From contig MU053513.1 in NCBI GenBank assembly GCA_013239625.1, forward strand, positions 516,370 through 580,369: a DNA stretch of 64,000 nt. Reading direction: 5' to 3'. The DNA is from Lama guanicoe. Its lineage: Eukaryota. Position numbers and translations under genes: made by a program. Positions within the stretch are counted from its first letter, which is position 1. Each line of letters opens with the position of its first letter. Under the pieces are notes generated by a model. It saw only the letters and a program-made list of their open reading frames with translations, was not told the origin of the DNA and searched no databases. Positions 14,281 to 27,968 of this stretch are shown here, piece by piece.

Positions 14281-15556
14281 TGGTAGCTCTGACCCAAAGA
14301 CTATCCAATGTATAAACCAATAGTATAATCTAATCTCAGGAAGTATTGCATAGTGGAAAGAATGTTGGAATAGAGTAAGGCGACCCAAAGAACTTTGAAC
14401 ATTTTACATACAGTTTTTTACATCTCATATTCTTCACCTGTAACGTGAGATCAATATGTCATTCAACAAAGTGTTCATTCAGCAAATACATATTGAATGC
14501 TAATGCTTATTGTTTACTATCTACTTCCTAGTAATTTTATATTGCAAGCATCTCTACTTGTATCTCCAAAGCAGAGGCTAAACAATGTAGAAAAGAGAAT
14601 CTGTAGATCAATAATCATTTCTTCATTAGCCAGAAGTTAAACAAAACATTCAGTTTAATGTAGCTCCAGAAGGGTGTTGGAACTCATCGCGAGCCCTTAG
14701 ACTCTTAAACGGAGAACATGAAACATCGATCAGAATGGCACGATTTCTTCCAATTAACTGTAAGTGTATGAGTAGCTCGAAGTTGCTTTGCCAACTTCAA
14801 ACCTGAGTTGGGCTCATTACGAGAAAGGACTCGGATTCAATTTATTTTTATTTTAATTCAAGTTGCTTCGTGGTTCTCAGTGCCAGTGTCATTGCCTCTG
14901 TAGTTTTTCTCTGTTGGATTGCCAACGCAGGCAGTATAAATTTCCCCTAAGGAGTCTCACTTGCTAAAAAGGAAGTTGGAAGCCTTTTGGCTGAAGAATA
15001 AAAATTAAAGAAGAAAATGTGAAGCTCAGTATTAACATAAACCCTCTGATCATTAGAGACATTGATCATTTGAAATAAAATCAATAGAGCGTAACATTTT
15101 ACAGAGTTGTTCTCCCTCGGCTATAATGATACTGTTTTAAATAATGTCATTTGGTAAAGCAACATTACAGTGCTTTCAGAGTTTAATTTCACTTATGTAC
15201 TTAACAATCAGCTAGTGTAATGCGCTGAATTACCATTAATTTTCTGATTATTAATATCTTAAATTATTCCATATTTAAGGAAGTAGTACAATAATTGCTC
15301 TTATTCTGTGCTAGATGTTATTTTAGCTCTTAAAAGAATACATAGCATTATGATTTTTAAATAATTATTTCATATTTATTTATCCATTATTCAAGCTTAT
15401 AAAATGATTCAAAGCATTAACTGTTTGAGATACTATATAGTGGTATTGAATACATGACTATTATGATATTGTAGATAATTCCATAATTGTAATAGTGTCC
15501 ATGTAGTAATATATAAACTAGAATATCTGGAAATTATTCTATATGTTCATTTTATT

Positions 15557-15601
15557 TTATATTATATTATATTATATTATATTATATTATATTATATTAT
15601 A
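15557..15601. repeat. (TTATA)n microsatellite
   Basis: Read directly from the sequence. Confidence 0.9.
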
Positions 15602-15952
15602 ACTATTTTAGGGGTATTTGAAAATAATAAGAATTAAGACTTTAATCTATGGATGTGTATCTAAGTTTTTACCCCAAATATACAAGAAGTAGAGTTTTAT
15701 GAAGGATATAATATGACTTTAATTATGTTTCTAAAGTAAATAAGGCCTTGTTACTGTATTGTTTCTGTTTGTTCTTTTTTAAATCCTTGCAATTGCAATG
15801 CAATAGCAAAAAACCTAGGATCTACTCTTAGGTAAAATTCTAACCCAAGAGAGGCTGAACCACCAATATCACCTCTGTACTCCCAAACTGTATGTTTACA
15901 AAAGGATGAGGAATCTGAGATCAGGATATAATAACATGCAGGATTTTCCAAA

Positions 15953-16201
15953 CATATTATGTTTCCCAGGGCTGCTGTGTGAAAGTACCACACACTGGGT
16001 GTTTAAAATAAAAGAAATTTATTCTCTTACAGTCCGGGAGGTTAAGTACTCCAGGCACATCTGATTAGGGCACACCCCAATGACCTCATCTTAATTAGAT
16101 CACATCTGCAAACACTATTTCCAAATAAGGTCACATTCACAGATGCTGGGGATTACGACTTCAGAATATTTTTTGAGGGAACACAACTCAACCCATGATA
16201 C
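15953..16201 (-). mobile_element. MLT1B/C-like MaLR LTR, internally deleted
   Basis: Both LTR ends ('tttcccagggctgctgtgtgaaagtaccacacactggg...' and '...atttccaaataaggtcacattcacag...acacaactcaacccat') lie within about 250 bp. Confidence 0.8.
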
Positions 16202-16379
16202 ATTTTTAACCATAAAATATCTTTTTTTTCCAAAGACACTTACATTCTGAGAATTACACTTTTAAAAGTGCTGGACTAGCTAGATCAGTGTTTTCCAAAG
16301 TATGGTCCACAAATTGGTGTCTGTTTTTGAAGTATTTTACCAATCCACATTGAGATCAATTCACAAATTGAGAGTAAGT

Positions 16380-17005
16380 TTTTTTTTTAATTGAAGTATA
16401 GTTGATTTACAATGTTGTGTTAGTTTCTGGTACAGCACAGTGATTCAGTTATACATATATATATATATATATATATATATTCTTTTTCATTATAGGTTAT
16501 TATAAGCTATTGAATATAGTTCCCTGTGCTATGCATAGGACCTTGTTGTTTATCTATTCCATGTACTTGCTAATTCCAGTCTCCTAATTTATCTCCCCAC
16601 CTCTTCCTTTCCTCTCCAGTAACTATAAGTTTGTTTCCTGTGAGTCTGTTTCTCTTTTGTAAATAAGTTCATTTGTGTCATATCTTAGAGTCCATGTATA
16701 AATATCATTTGATATTTGTCTTTCTCTTTCTGACTTACTTCACTTAGTATGACCTCTCTCTAGGTCCATCCATGTTGCTGCAAATGGCATTATTCCATTC
16801 TTTTTTTTATGACTGAGCTATATATATATATATATATATATACCACAACTTCTTTATCCAGTCATCTGTCAACAGACATTTAGGTTGCCTCCATGTCTTG
16901 GCTACTGTAAATAGTGCTGCTGTGAACACTGGGGTGTGTGTATCTTTTTGAATTAGAGTTTCCGGATATCTGCCCAGGAGTGGGATTGCTGGATCATATC
17001 GTAAA
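16380..17005 (-). mobile_element. Relatively young 5'-truncated LINE-1 3' end with target-site duplication
   Basis: Poly-T, then 'aattgaagtatagttgatttacaatgttgtgttagtttctgg' through 'gggattgctggatcatat'; TSD agagtaagt at 16371-16379 and 17006-17014; two internal (TA)n tracts. Confidence 0.92.
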
Positions 17006-17067
17006 AGAGTAAGTATTTATAAACTTTTATAAAAACCTATCAAAGTAATTCAATTTAACTCTCCCTG

Positions 17068-17778
17068 CTGGTGCATAATTACCCCGTAGCCTGCTCAGGT
17101 TAGGTTAAGCAAAGGGCATATCCCTCTAGTTTACAGTGGCCCTCTAGTAGCTTATAGCAGAAAGTGTTGATCAAATTCATACAAGTGAGTAAACAGGCTA
17201 TACCCGGAAGGTTTTTGATTGGGAAATTTGCATATCATTAAAGATGATTTCTTAGGATTCATTTCCAAGTTCCTTGCCCTGCTAGATAGAGAGAACATGA
17301 GCTCTCAATTCCTGTCTGCATAATAAGAGAAAAGACCAGTGGAGCTAGACTCGTGGTCTAGACCCAGATAGTGTTTGAAAATCTTGATTGTTAATAACAT
17401 TAAGCTCAGGATACAGTAGGAGGAGGAGCAGTGGTGATGATGATGATGGCGTGTGACAATTATCAGTGGGTTATTATCAGATTATCAGTAACATGAAATC
17501 CTGAGAGGTGTGAGGCAGGTATATCCTGACACCTGCATGGAGCAGCTTTCATAAAGGACAGTTTATAGAGAGTGACAGAAATGAAGACTGCCTGACAGAG
17601 AGGAAAACAGAAGGAGACTTCTCTGATAGCTTTCTATTTTGGGGTTTCAGTTTCATAAGTCTTCTCTGAATTCCTGCTTTTGAGGTCCATGAGATATTCC
17701 TCTATTCTAATAATAAAACTGCCCTTTTTGCTTAAGGTGGTTTCATTATGGACCTTCAAGGAACCTTGACTAAAATCA
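17068..17778 (+). mobile_element. ERVL-class LTR, LTR41-like
   Basis: 5' 'cataattaccccgtagcctgctcaggttaggttaagcaaagg'; 3' 'aataaaactgccctttttgcttaag...ccttgactaaaatca'; family assigned from memory. Confidence 0.55.
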
Positions 17779-17835
17779 GACTTTCCGTATGTTACCTCAT
17801 TCTTGAAACTTCTCATAGGTGACCAGTGCTTACAG

Positions 17836-18049
17836 CAGGGTTTCTCAGCCTCAGCGCACTTGGCGCCTTGGGCTGGATAACTATTGTGGGAGCTGGTCTG
17901 TGTGCTGCAGGCTGTTTAGCATAACCTCTGACCTATACCATCTGTGTGCTACAAGCACCCAGAGTTGTGACAACCAAAAGCCCCCAGACATGGGCAGACC
18001 CCCTACCTACCAGAAGAAAGCAAAAATTGTCCCTGGTTGAGAACCGCTG
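17836..18049 (-). mobile_element. MER20 (hAT-Charlie MITE)
   Basis: Ends 'cagggtttctcagcctcagc' and 'ggttgagaaccgctg'; reverse-complement homolog of 11000-11211. Confidence 0.85.
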
Positions 18050-18809
18050 ACCTATAGGATAAGCCTAATGCTGACTAACAGTAACCATCAGAGATTCCCT
18101 CGGGATCACCTCCTGGCATTTTTTCCTTCAATTCATTATGTCACAAAACTGAAGATCCCTTCCTGGGCTCATTCAAAGCCATGAAATTCACCAGCACCAC
18201 AGTCACGGGCTCTCCGTCCGTCTGGCTGTGCTGGCTGCCTTCTTTCTGGATATGTTTCTAGGCCCTTCAAAACGGAGAGACCCTAGACCCTCCTTGAAAC
18301 TTCTTTGACTTTGAATCTCTGCTTTCCCCTCAGCTTTATATGCTCCTCTGCTTCAAGTTTTCCACCTTGTTCATCATCAAACTGGGAAAAACTTCATTGA
18401 ATCATGACTTCCAAAGAGATCCGCAGGCACACAAACAGCTGTTGAACAGCGTGCACGGAACCGGCACTCCGTATCCTACAAGGCTGTTGCAGAAGGCGCT
18501 GGGTCTCTGACAGGTACACTTGTATAATTTCGTGAAGAAACCTTTGCATATTACCCTAATCACGCTACTGTATTTACCTTTGCCTTGGCCAGGATGGCTG
18601 CAAAGATCTTAGATGACTTTCTCTGGGAGGAGCACTTCCTGAAATTCTCTGGCTGAGTTGATAAAATATACGCATTACAAGTTAAAGGTTGTGGTAACCA
18701 CAAGGTGTAAAAGCAGAGCTATTCAGGTGCCAGAGTCCTCCTTCCTGGCCTCAGCAGGCTTCACACTAAAAGGATGTCAAGACCACTTGGGTAATGGCTC
18801 CTCTGGGCC

Positions 18810-19335
18810 ACCCACTAACTTATTTATCCAAAGGTCATCTGCGAGGTGATGAATACTAGGAACTGAGAATACACAACTGAATAAAAGGAAAAAGTCCTTG
18901 TGCAAACTTATAACCTTTAAAGAGAGTCATATATAAATTTGTAGGCATACAAACAAATAAGATGAACTTACCAAAACCCACCAGTGGAGCAGGGAAGGCA
19001 GAGGGGGTATTTTAGATTAGCATGGCCTTTGAGGGAGTTTATTTAAAAGGAGACAAGTGAATTGAAACTTAGTGACGGGAGGGAGGTAGTCACATGAAGA
19101 TCTGGAGAAAGTCCATTCCAGGAAGAAAAGGCTTCAATGGTGAAGTCCTTGGTGTGCTCTCGGGGTGGCTGGAGACCAGTAAACCAAGGGCAGAATGTTA
19201 AGAAGTGAGCTTGAAGAAGAAAGAAGGGGCTAGATCATCTGGCGAATTTGGGACTTACTCTAATTACAATGAAAAGACATTGAACAATTTTAAACGTGAT
19301 TAATAGGATCAGAATCACAATTTGAAATAGTTAAT
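18810..19335 (-). mobile_element. L2 3' fragment
   Basis: 'cacatgaagatctggagaaagtccattccaggaagaaaagg', 'gggctagatcat', 'aataggatcagaatcacaatttg'. Confidence 0.7.
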
Positions 19336-19869
19336 TAGGTTATGGCTGTTGTCCCAGAAATACAATCACATAGAGTCAGGCTGCATTTCTCTGTGTCCTT
19401 TCCTGGCACAGTGGTCCTCACTAATATTTGGGTAGCTGGTATCATCCAAAAATCTCCTGTATTTCTTATAGAGGTAGATCCTTGACTGCAGAATAAGGAT
19501 TTCATGTTTACTTTGATTCTTCTGGGTAAGCCATTAGTAAAGCTATATCTGGAATCTCATATGTGTTCAAAACTATGGGATTAATATGAAAAATTAGTTG
19601 GCTTTTGTACCTTAAAATTATGAAGATATAAATAAGAACAGAAATAGGACAAGAGCTCCTCGGCTGGTAGGATTTTGCTGTCTAGTATTAGCAGTTTTAC
19701 CCCTTTTTTTGTTTTCTGTCAATAAAACAGACAGTATGAACACCTTGTCAGTACAAATTAGCCTTTCGTTCCACAGCATCACATTTTATAGGTAAAGGGG
19801 TTGGGAATAGCTACAAACTCTGAATGTCTATTTTGGGAAATTTATAATATACAGAAAAGGGCCCAGCAT

Positions 19870-20520
19870 TTCAATTCCGGCATGTGTTGTTAAACTAAAT
19901 ATCCTGAAAACCCTCTTGATACAAAATACCTAGACATTCTGGATGGAACACCATGTTCTCTTCAGCGTGCCGCTGTGCTTATATGAAAATAGAGGGCGGG
20001 GAGAAATAGGGAGCTGAAAAGCATTACAGATGCTTTTGCTGGGCTCACCCTGGAAACCAAGAAACTAGGGTTCCATTAAACATAAAGAAATGAGGCAAAT
20101 TTTGAGCTCCTTCATTTTGGTGAGTCAGAACAGACACAGCATGGATTTCAGTTACTCTAAGTTCTCCACCAGCAGTGAAATGGTGTTGAGAAAAATTAGC
20201 ATCCCAGCAAAAGGAGACAGCAAGGGACCTTGCCTGTTTTGGCTTTTGCTCTGAGTGGGGAATAAAAGTTCCCCTTGTGAATCTATAATATCAAGCCTCT
20301 CCTCACATGGGTTTGCAATTTGAATTTTCCAGAAAACATGCATACAAAGGCATACACACCAGCTTGTGCTAAGAAATTAGCATAGAGCAGTCCTTGGTAG
20401 GCAGTGCCCAGGGACCTATGGTAGAAGCAAAGTATATCTCTTCTCAGTCCTTACTAGATGCCCACAGAGAAAGCCCAGAGAACATGGATTTACAATCCGA
20501 ATTTATATCTAATAAATGGC
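19870..20520 (+). mobile_element. Old L1 (L1M5/L1ME-type) 5' region fragment
   Basis: 'aaatacctagacattctggat' and 'cccttgtgaatctataatatcaagcctctcctcacatgggtttgcaatttgaatttt' resemble old L1 5' sequences. Confidence 0.4.
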
Positions 20521-21790
20521 ATTAATTTTACAGAAGGAAAGAATAGTTATAATAAAAAGAGGGCTGATTATTGGAAAAGGAAGGAAGGAAGAAAGGAATA
20601 AATTTACATCAGGACACCTCACAGTCATTGCTGACTAAAGTGAACATTTGAGTAGAGCCTTATGAAGAAAAACTTGACAGCTTTTATCAAAATTTAAATT
20701 GCAAGTAGCTTTAAATGTGACCACTTCATCTAAGTATAGCACACCCGTCGATTTTCCCTTTGCCTTACTGCACTTTTTTTATAGCACTTATCATCACCAG
20801 GCATATGAATTAGACATAAATGTGTTCATTGCCTTTGGAAACCACCAAAATGTCAATGATATATGTATCAGTTCATCAATTCACTCCTGTTTCCAAAACA
20901 CGCAATATGCTCGCAATAAAAGTCTGTTGGCGATATATAGGTAGAGGTAGATATAGATAAATATATCTCTACATACATATGTAAACACATAAATTCACAT
21001 ACATGTATATATAATATGTAGCCATACAACATATATTCACAAATATTATTTATAATGATCATTTATATAATGATCTAATATAATACTTACAATGTATGTA
21101 ATGTATTTTGTATATATAAGTAATGCTATAAAATTTTTCCAATCTAACATTTTATGCTAAAGCAAAATTTAGAAATAAATTAATTGTCCACAAACAGGAA
21201 TTAAAACATACGATCATGCTACCTCACTGCACACTATGCCTCTGTGTGTGCTGACATGCAGAAATATAGGGGACATAGTAAATGAAAATAACAAGTAATA
21301 GAAAAATATAAATGTTGAAGGTGATATCATTTATGTAAGCTATTATATTTTTCAAATATATTTTAGAAAAAAACTGCAGGTTCGTAAATGTGGAGGGAAA
21401 GTCTTCAAAATGCTAAGGTAGTCACTTCTAGAAAAGACGATAAGATGAAGGAGGGGAAGATGTGCAGGAGGAAGCTTCACTTATATTCTATAGACTTCTG
21501 AATTCTTGACATTGAACTAAAGATACAGTAAATAAAACTGCAGAAAGCATTACTAAAAAAAATTGAGATGTTTTCTTAAAAAATCATTTTTAGTGCCTCT
21601 GACATTTTCGCCTCTGTACAGTGAAACATTTTGGTACATTTTAACTCCAATTCAAGTTAACTGCTTCCTAATTACATAGCTAAGAAACCAAGTTTCTCCA
21701 TAAGCAGCTAGTTGCTGTTCATTTCAATAACAGCTATGCCACATGTAATTTTGCTTCTTGTCAGAGCAAAATTTGTTATTAAGAAGTCAG

Positions 21791-21793
<3 letters not shown>

Positions 21794-21853
<60 letters not shown>
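21794..21853. repeat. (TATC)15 microsatellite
   Basis: Read directly from the sequence. Confidence 0.95.
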
Positions 21854-21854
<1 letters not shown>

Positions 21855-21995
21855 GTATGTCTGTCTATTCATCAATTGATAGATCTAGCATCTATCAAAA
21901 TATCTCCCTAAAAAATTCTATTTTTGGCAGTGTTTTTGAAGTCATGGAACTACCTGCCTTCAGTTTTTTAGAGTTGTCTTAAAAATTGATTCAGT

Positions 21996-23045
21996 GGATA
22001 TGACTCCTAAAGCACAAGCAACAAAAGAAAAAATAAACAAGTGGGACAGCATCAAACTAAAATGCTTCTGCACAGCAAAAGAAACATCCAACAAAATGGA
22101 AAGGCAACCTGCAAATGGACAAAAAAATTTGCAAATTATACATCTGATAAGGGGTTAATATCCAAAATATACAGACTCACTAGACTCCTACAGTTCAATA
22201 GCAAAAAAAAAAAAAATCATCGAAATCGCAATGAGATATCACCTCACACCTGTTTGAATGGAGATGATCAAAGAGACAAGTGGTAACAAATGCTGGCAAG
22301 TGTGTGGAGAAAAGGGGGCCCTTATGCACTGCTGGTGAGACTGTGAATTGGTCCAGTCACTATGGAAAACAGTATGGAGGTTCCTCAAAAAATACAAACC
22401 AGCAATTCCATCTCTGGGATATATCAGAAGGAAACAAAAACACTATGTCAAAGAGATATGTGCACTCCCATGTTCACAGCAGCATTAGTTACAGTAGCCA
22501 AGACACGAAGACAAACCTATTTCCATAACAAAGAAGGAAACCCTGCCATTTGTGACAACACAGATGGATGCTGTACATGACGATGTTATACTAAGTGAAA
22601 TAAGTCTAACAGAGAAAGACAAATACAGTATGAAATCATTTATATGCATATGTAATCTTAACTCTTAAAAAAAATCTTAAAAAATACCTCATTGAAAAAG
22701 AGACCAGAGGAGAAGGGAAATTAGTAAAGGTAGTCAAAAAGTACAAAATTTTAGTTCTAGGGTAAACAAGTACTAGAAAGATCATGTCCAACACGATGAC
22801 TACAGTTAACACTGCAGTACGGTACAGTTGAAAGTTGTTAAAAGAGACTAAATCCTAAAGGTTGTCATCTAAGAAATTCTTTTTCTCTTTTTTTTTTTTT
22901 TTGTATCCATCTGAGATGATAGATGTTCACTAAACTTACTACAATAATCATTTCATGTTGTGTAAGTCAAATCGTTATGTTCTACACCTGAAACTTATGC
23001 AGTGCTCTATGTCCCTCACATCTCCATAAGACTGGAAACAAATGA
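21996..23045 (+). mobile_element. LINE-1 3' fragment (ORF2 C-terminus plus 3' UTR) with internal deletions
   Basis: ORF track shows L1 ORF2 remnants '[17 protein letters not shown]', 'NAGKCVEKRGPLCTAGETVNW' and 'DMCTPMFTAALVTVAK'; the 3' UTR is homologous to 5500-5908. Confidence 0.92.
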
Positions 23046-23219
23046 TAAAACACTTTAAACAGTAATAAAGCCTAACAGTCTACAAACTGAAAAAATAATA
23101 ATAATAATTCAAGGTGAGACTGTATGGAGAAGGAGCCTGAGATCTGCATCCAGTACATGTTTCCTAGATGTCTATCCTTGTAAACGCTGACAACCACTCA
23201 TACTGAAAAATACAAAATT

Positions 23220-23668
23220 CTTTATTTACCATCTTAACCATTTTTAAGTATACAATTCAATAGCATTGAACAAAAACCCGTTGAACAGAAACTCCCCATT
23301 TCCTCTTTACCCTGGCCCTTGCAACTGTTTTCTGCCTCTCTGAGTTTGGCTACTCTGGGTGTTTCGTAGATGTGGACTCGGTACCTCTTTGTGACTAGTT
23401 TATTTCCCTTGGCATCATGTCCTCAAGCTCATTCATGTTGTATTATGCGTCAGAATTTCCTTCCTTCTTTAGGCTGAATGGCATTACATTGTGTGTATAC
23501 AACACCTTTTATTTACTCATTCATCTGTGTGGGCACTGGGATTGCTCCTACCTTTGGGCTACTGTGAATAATGCTGCTGAGAATGTGTGTTTCAAATGTT
23601 TCTTTGAGATCCTTCTTTTAATTTATTTGGGTATATACCCAGGATTGGAATTGCTGGACCACAGAGTA
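23220..23668 (-). mobile_element. LINE-1 (L1MB-like) 3' end
   Basis: 'tttaccatcttaaccatttttaagtatacaattcaatagcatt' through 'ttgggtatatacccaggattggaattgctgga'. Confidence 0.85.
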
Positions 23669-23689
23669 TTATTACCCTGTGTTTTCATA

Positions 23690-24092
23690 TGAGCTCAACT
23701 TCCATCATCTTCCCAAGAGTGTATCCTTTGTCCATTTCCATCAAACCATAAATGAAAGGCCATCCTGAGAGAGGCATTTCCCCCAGTCTAATTATGGGCT
23801 AGTTACCTATTTGCTCTTTATAATATTATCTTATTTCAATTATCTAAATAGCACTGACCACTGTCAGATTTTTATTTTTTGTGTATGTTGGCATATGTAA
23901 GAATTCTATTGATTTAAAATTTATTGTTAACTTAAATTTAGATTTAAATTTGCTTTTAAATTCTCAGTTACAAATGAAGATCCATGAGGATGAAGACTGT
24001 GTCTTTTCTTTTTATTCACTGCTATATCCCCAAGGCCAGAGATTTCAAAATTTATTGAATTTTATCAATTATAGAGTAAGAAAGAATAAATA
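23690..24092 (+). mobile_element. L2 3' end
   Basis: 'aatgaagatccatgaggatgaagactgtgtcttttcttttattcactgctatatcccc'. Confidence 0.6.
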
Positions 24093-26039
24093 AAGGGGTT
24101 AAAAAAATATCCAGACAACAGTATTGACTCTTTGCTTGGATAGAAACAGCTTTGGTACTTCTGATTTTCTAAGTGTGATGGCACAATAGTCATTTTACAA
24201 TTCTCATAAAATTAATCTGAAGAAAAATGAAGGCCACAGTCAAAGCAATGGGTCATGTCCACTTTTAATAGAAATTATTGAATGTGTCCGTTCTGTAGTG
24301 GTTTTTATCCCTCTTTGTAGTTAGAAAATACATAGTGTTTCAATGGAGTAGAAAATGGTTTAAATTGTTGAGCTAAAGGCTAGTTTTTTACTCTGTGATT
24401 CCTCGTTTTATCAGGACACAACATAAAGCTCAGAGCATATAATGGGGCGAGAAGAGGGAATTCTTCCAATACCTGGTGGGAATATCTTTCAGTTTAATTC
24501 ACCTGTCAGCCCAGGCAATGGTGGCTGAACCCATTACTGGCAGTCCTGTCCCACAGTGACTTACTCCCTTCCTGTCTGTGTAGAACAAGTCTCCAAATCA
24601 CTCTCCTCTCTGTCTCTGCGGCGTTCTTTTTGAGATTTTTAGAGTGAAAATCTTGATCAGAACAAAGTGGTATGTCACATTTCTCCCCTTTTGATAAGGA
24701 GAGCTATTTAATCTTTATAGCATTGAAAAATAATCTTTTTAGTTCAAATACTTTATCAATTTTATTATAAATGAGAGGCAATCTACCTATGCTGGCATCA
24801 TTCATCATAATGAAATAATCATCTCATTTATTTTACTCTACAAGGGAGAAGGAAATAAAGCAGAGGAGAAAGAAAAAGGATGAGGAAAAGGGGTGACATT
24901 TCTGAGTTAACCAGGTTCTGTTCTCCAGGTCAGACGCTGGGGTTACCATTCCTGGTTGTCTCCCATAGCACTTGTCATGGCGCTGTGCACAGAAGCTCTG
25001 CTCGTTAAATACGTGTGCGATGAACACATCCAAGGATAGAAGAAAGCACAATGGGCTTGGATGTTAAAAGATAACCTTCAAAAGAAAGGTGGGGGGTAAA
25101 GTCATGACTCTCATGCAGATATAAAAATAATCACATATTAAAGATTTTATATAACTCATTAATGAGGAAACTGATGAGGTGTTACAACCAATTCAAAGGG
25201 GAATCCAAGGACAGAAGCCCTTGTAGGAATGTTCAGATGAGTATACGAATGAAGGCAAAACTGTTATCTCCTGGGGTGAAGAGTTCCTCCTCTCTCAGGA
25301 TTAATTTGCCTACGGACAAGAATTATTTTGCACTACCATTAGTTATCCATGACTTTCAGAGTTGTAAGGTGGCTACCATATAATTAAGATCAGATAAGCC
25401 AGAGGGGTGTGCTACAGACAATGCACAAAGGTGTCCCTACATAGATAAAATGTTCATATGGCTTCTCCACCTTCAGGACTTCTTGCCTCGTTCTTGGTTC
25501 TTCTACCTGCCTCAGTGTTACCATCACCACCAGGAAACTCTGTGGTCATGGACAGCTGCTAACGAAGGTCTCATGATTATTTGGGGTCAAACCAACATAG
25601 AAATATACATGTTAATAAAAAATTTTTGACAGATAAAACATCTATTAACAAAGTACATGCATTTATTATGGTTTAATTTTAGATAATAGAAGAGATGTTT
25701 CGGACAGAAGGCCCTAGCATGCATTCCTCAAATCCTGACACATTAACCTTTAGGGTATAGGATTTAAAGAGGATCTCCTTTTCTAGGTGAGGCGACAGAA
25801 GCTTGGAATGGTTAAGAAAGAGGCCTAAGTCACAACTTGTTTGGTAGTAAAGACAGTTCTCTCGACTCCAGAAATTACTTTTCCATTTCTCAGAATGAGA
25901 AGCGTGAATGAGCACGGTGTGGAGCTCCACACGAGCGCTGAGACATGGCAGTCATCGCCATGACTGTGGTCCAGGAGTGAACACATTCCTCTCACACTTC
26001 ACCTGGGCTGGGAGTTTTCCTCAAGGAAGACGAAGTCTG

Positions 26040-26180
26040 GCACAGATGAGGACTAGTGATTACTTCAGGCTTTACAAAATGCTGAGATTTGACTCTTGCC
26101 AGTATTGCTGAAAATAATTCATGGAAAGTGCTTAGTACAGTGTTTGGCACATAGTGAACATTCAGTGCTAGTTAATGTAG
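26040..26180 (+). mobile_element. MIR 3' fragment
   Basis: 'ataattcatggaaagtgcttagtacagtgtttggcacatagtgaacattcagt'. Confidence 0.65.
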
Positions 26181-27968
26181 TGAAAATTACAAGTAGTACC
26201 AGTACTGAAAAATATCACAAGAGAGAACCTTATGCTGGACATTTTTTCACAAGTTTTCCAATGTGTCTGACTCCTGTGTGCCAGGTTCAAGATGTGAGGC
26301 TGGTGTGGGCTACACCACATCTTAGCCTTACCCTAATTTAGTAATAGTTATATCTTATACTCTATGGTTTCCTTGTATATTTCTTACAGATGGAAGTTTA
26401 TATATAGGGTGCATGCCATGGAGGTATGTGGATGTTTCTGGAAACATGTCAGTATTCCATAGAGAGGTGGTGAAAATCAGCCAGAAGTCAGATGTCCCCA
26501 GAGATGTCCCAACTGGCAAATAAGGTCTTCTTTTGGTCACCTTATCAGATCGTGGACCAAGAGCAATAATTGCTACATATAGAACTGTTGCCATTGTGTA
26601 ATTCAAATCATCCAACATAAATTCAGATCATCCATTCTGCCAAAGAGTTTCTGTTCTGATTGCTCTAGATGATACTGAACATCATTTTCTTAGAAGAGAA
26701 CTATGAGCTGCCAGAGGCACAATCCATCTGTAACATCCAGCAGGAAATAAAGAAGATACATATGCCTATTTTTAACCTGTTATAATTAGTACCCCAATGA
26801 CCAGAACTATTGAAATCAGTTGGTCCAGATTCTCTGCCCAGTCTACAAAACGGGCTTTTATCCAACAAGGAGACTTTTTTCTACGAAAATAAAGGGGAAG
26901 GAAAAAAGGTAACCTTTCAAATATAGGTTTTTTGTGATTCAACTATAAAGGGAACAAAGTAACCTGTTTTGTTGTTAGATTCCCCTCTATTTTTTTCTTT
27001 TTAATAAAATGTTATTCAGATTTTGAAGTCATGCTGGAATCAGGTCCACTGAGGCATGGGGATCACTGTCTTCCTTTGCTTCAGCTCTGTAGTAAATAGC
27101 AGATAATTTTGTTAGTTCTTCAGCCTAGCAAATAATACAATCAAAAGCAAAAATACCATTTATGCATTTTATGAAACTCACAGTTGTGTTCATGGTAGAA
27201 GTACAATTTCTCCATCCTTGGGACATCCTATTTCAAATCTTGTTAGATTCCTTCATGATTTTGTTTCCTGTTTGAAAAGTTATTTTCCTGATATTCTTTC
27301 AGAGGATCATTTATTCCAGACCCTATTATCTCCACAAATTTAAATTCATTTCATTTTACATAGAATGGTTGTTCTCTTATTGAGAAAATTCCAAATATTC
27401 ATTTTCTTAATCCTGTTAATATTTATTACACAATTACACTGAATTAGATACAATACAACATATATGCAGAGTGTCTTTTCACTAATCCTAAGAGATGTAC
27501 ATCTTAAAGGCAAAAAGATAAATCTCTTCTCATTTGGTATATTTTCCAAGATATTAAGAAAAAAAATTTTTTTTGCAGAGTAAGCTATCTTTAGAGACTA
27601 AAGAAAATGATTCAAAAGGAGAAAGCAAAAAATAAAATAGTATATATTTATAAAAGTCAGATAAGCCTTTTTATCAACATAAAACATGATTTCATTTATT
27701 TAAGGACACATCAGTCTCCATAAAGAAGACAGAGATAGTTTGTGAGATTCAAGCAAAGGAATCTTACCACCCGGTGGATCCAGAAAGATCAAGCGGTCTT
27801 TTTTCCAATATCACACCCACCATCCAGGTGGGACTAGCAGGTGATGAGATGAGAAGACTGTAAATGGAAGACAATGTTGTGCAACCAACAAATAGAAAAT
27901 CTAGGAATCAAAATCAAAAGCAGGCTACTAATGCAGCAAATAATTCTTAAAAAAAAACAAAGAAATGA

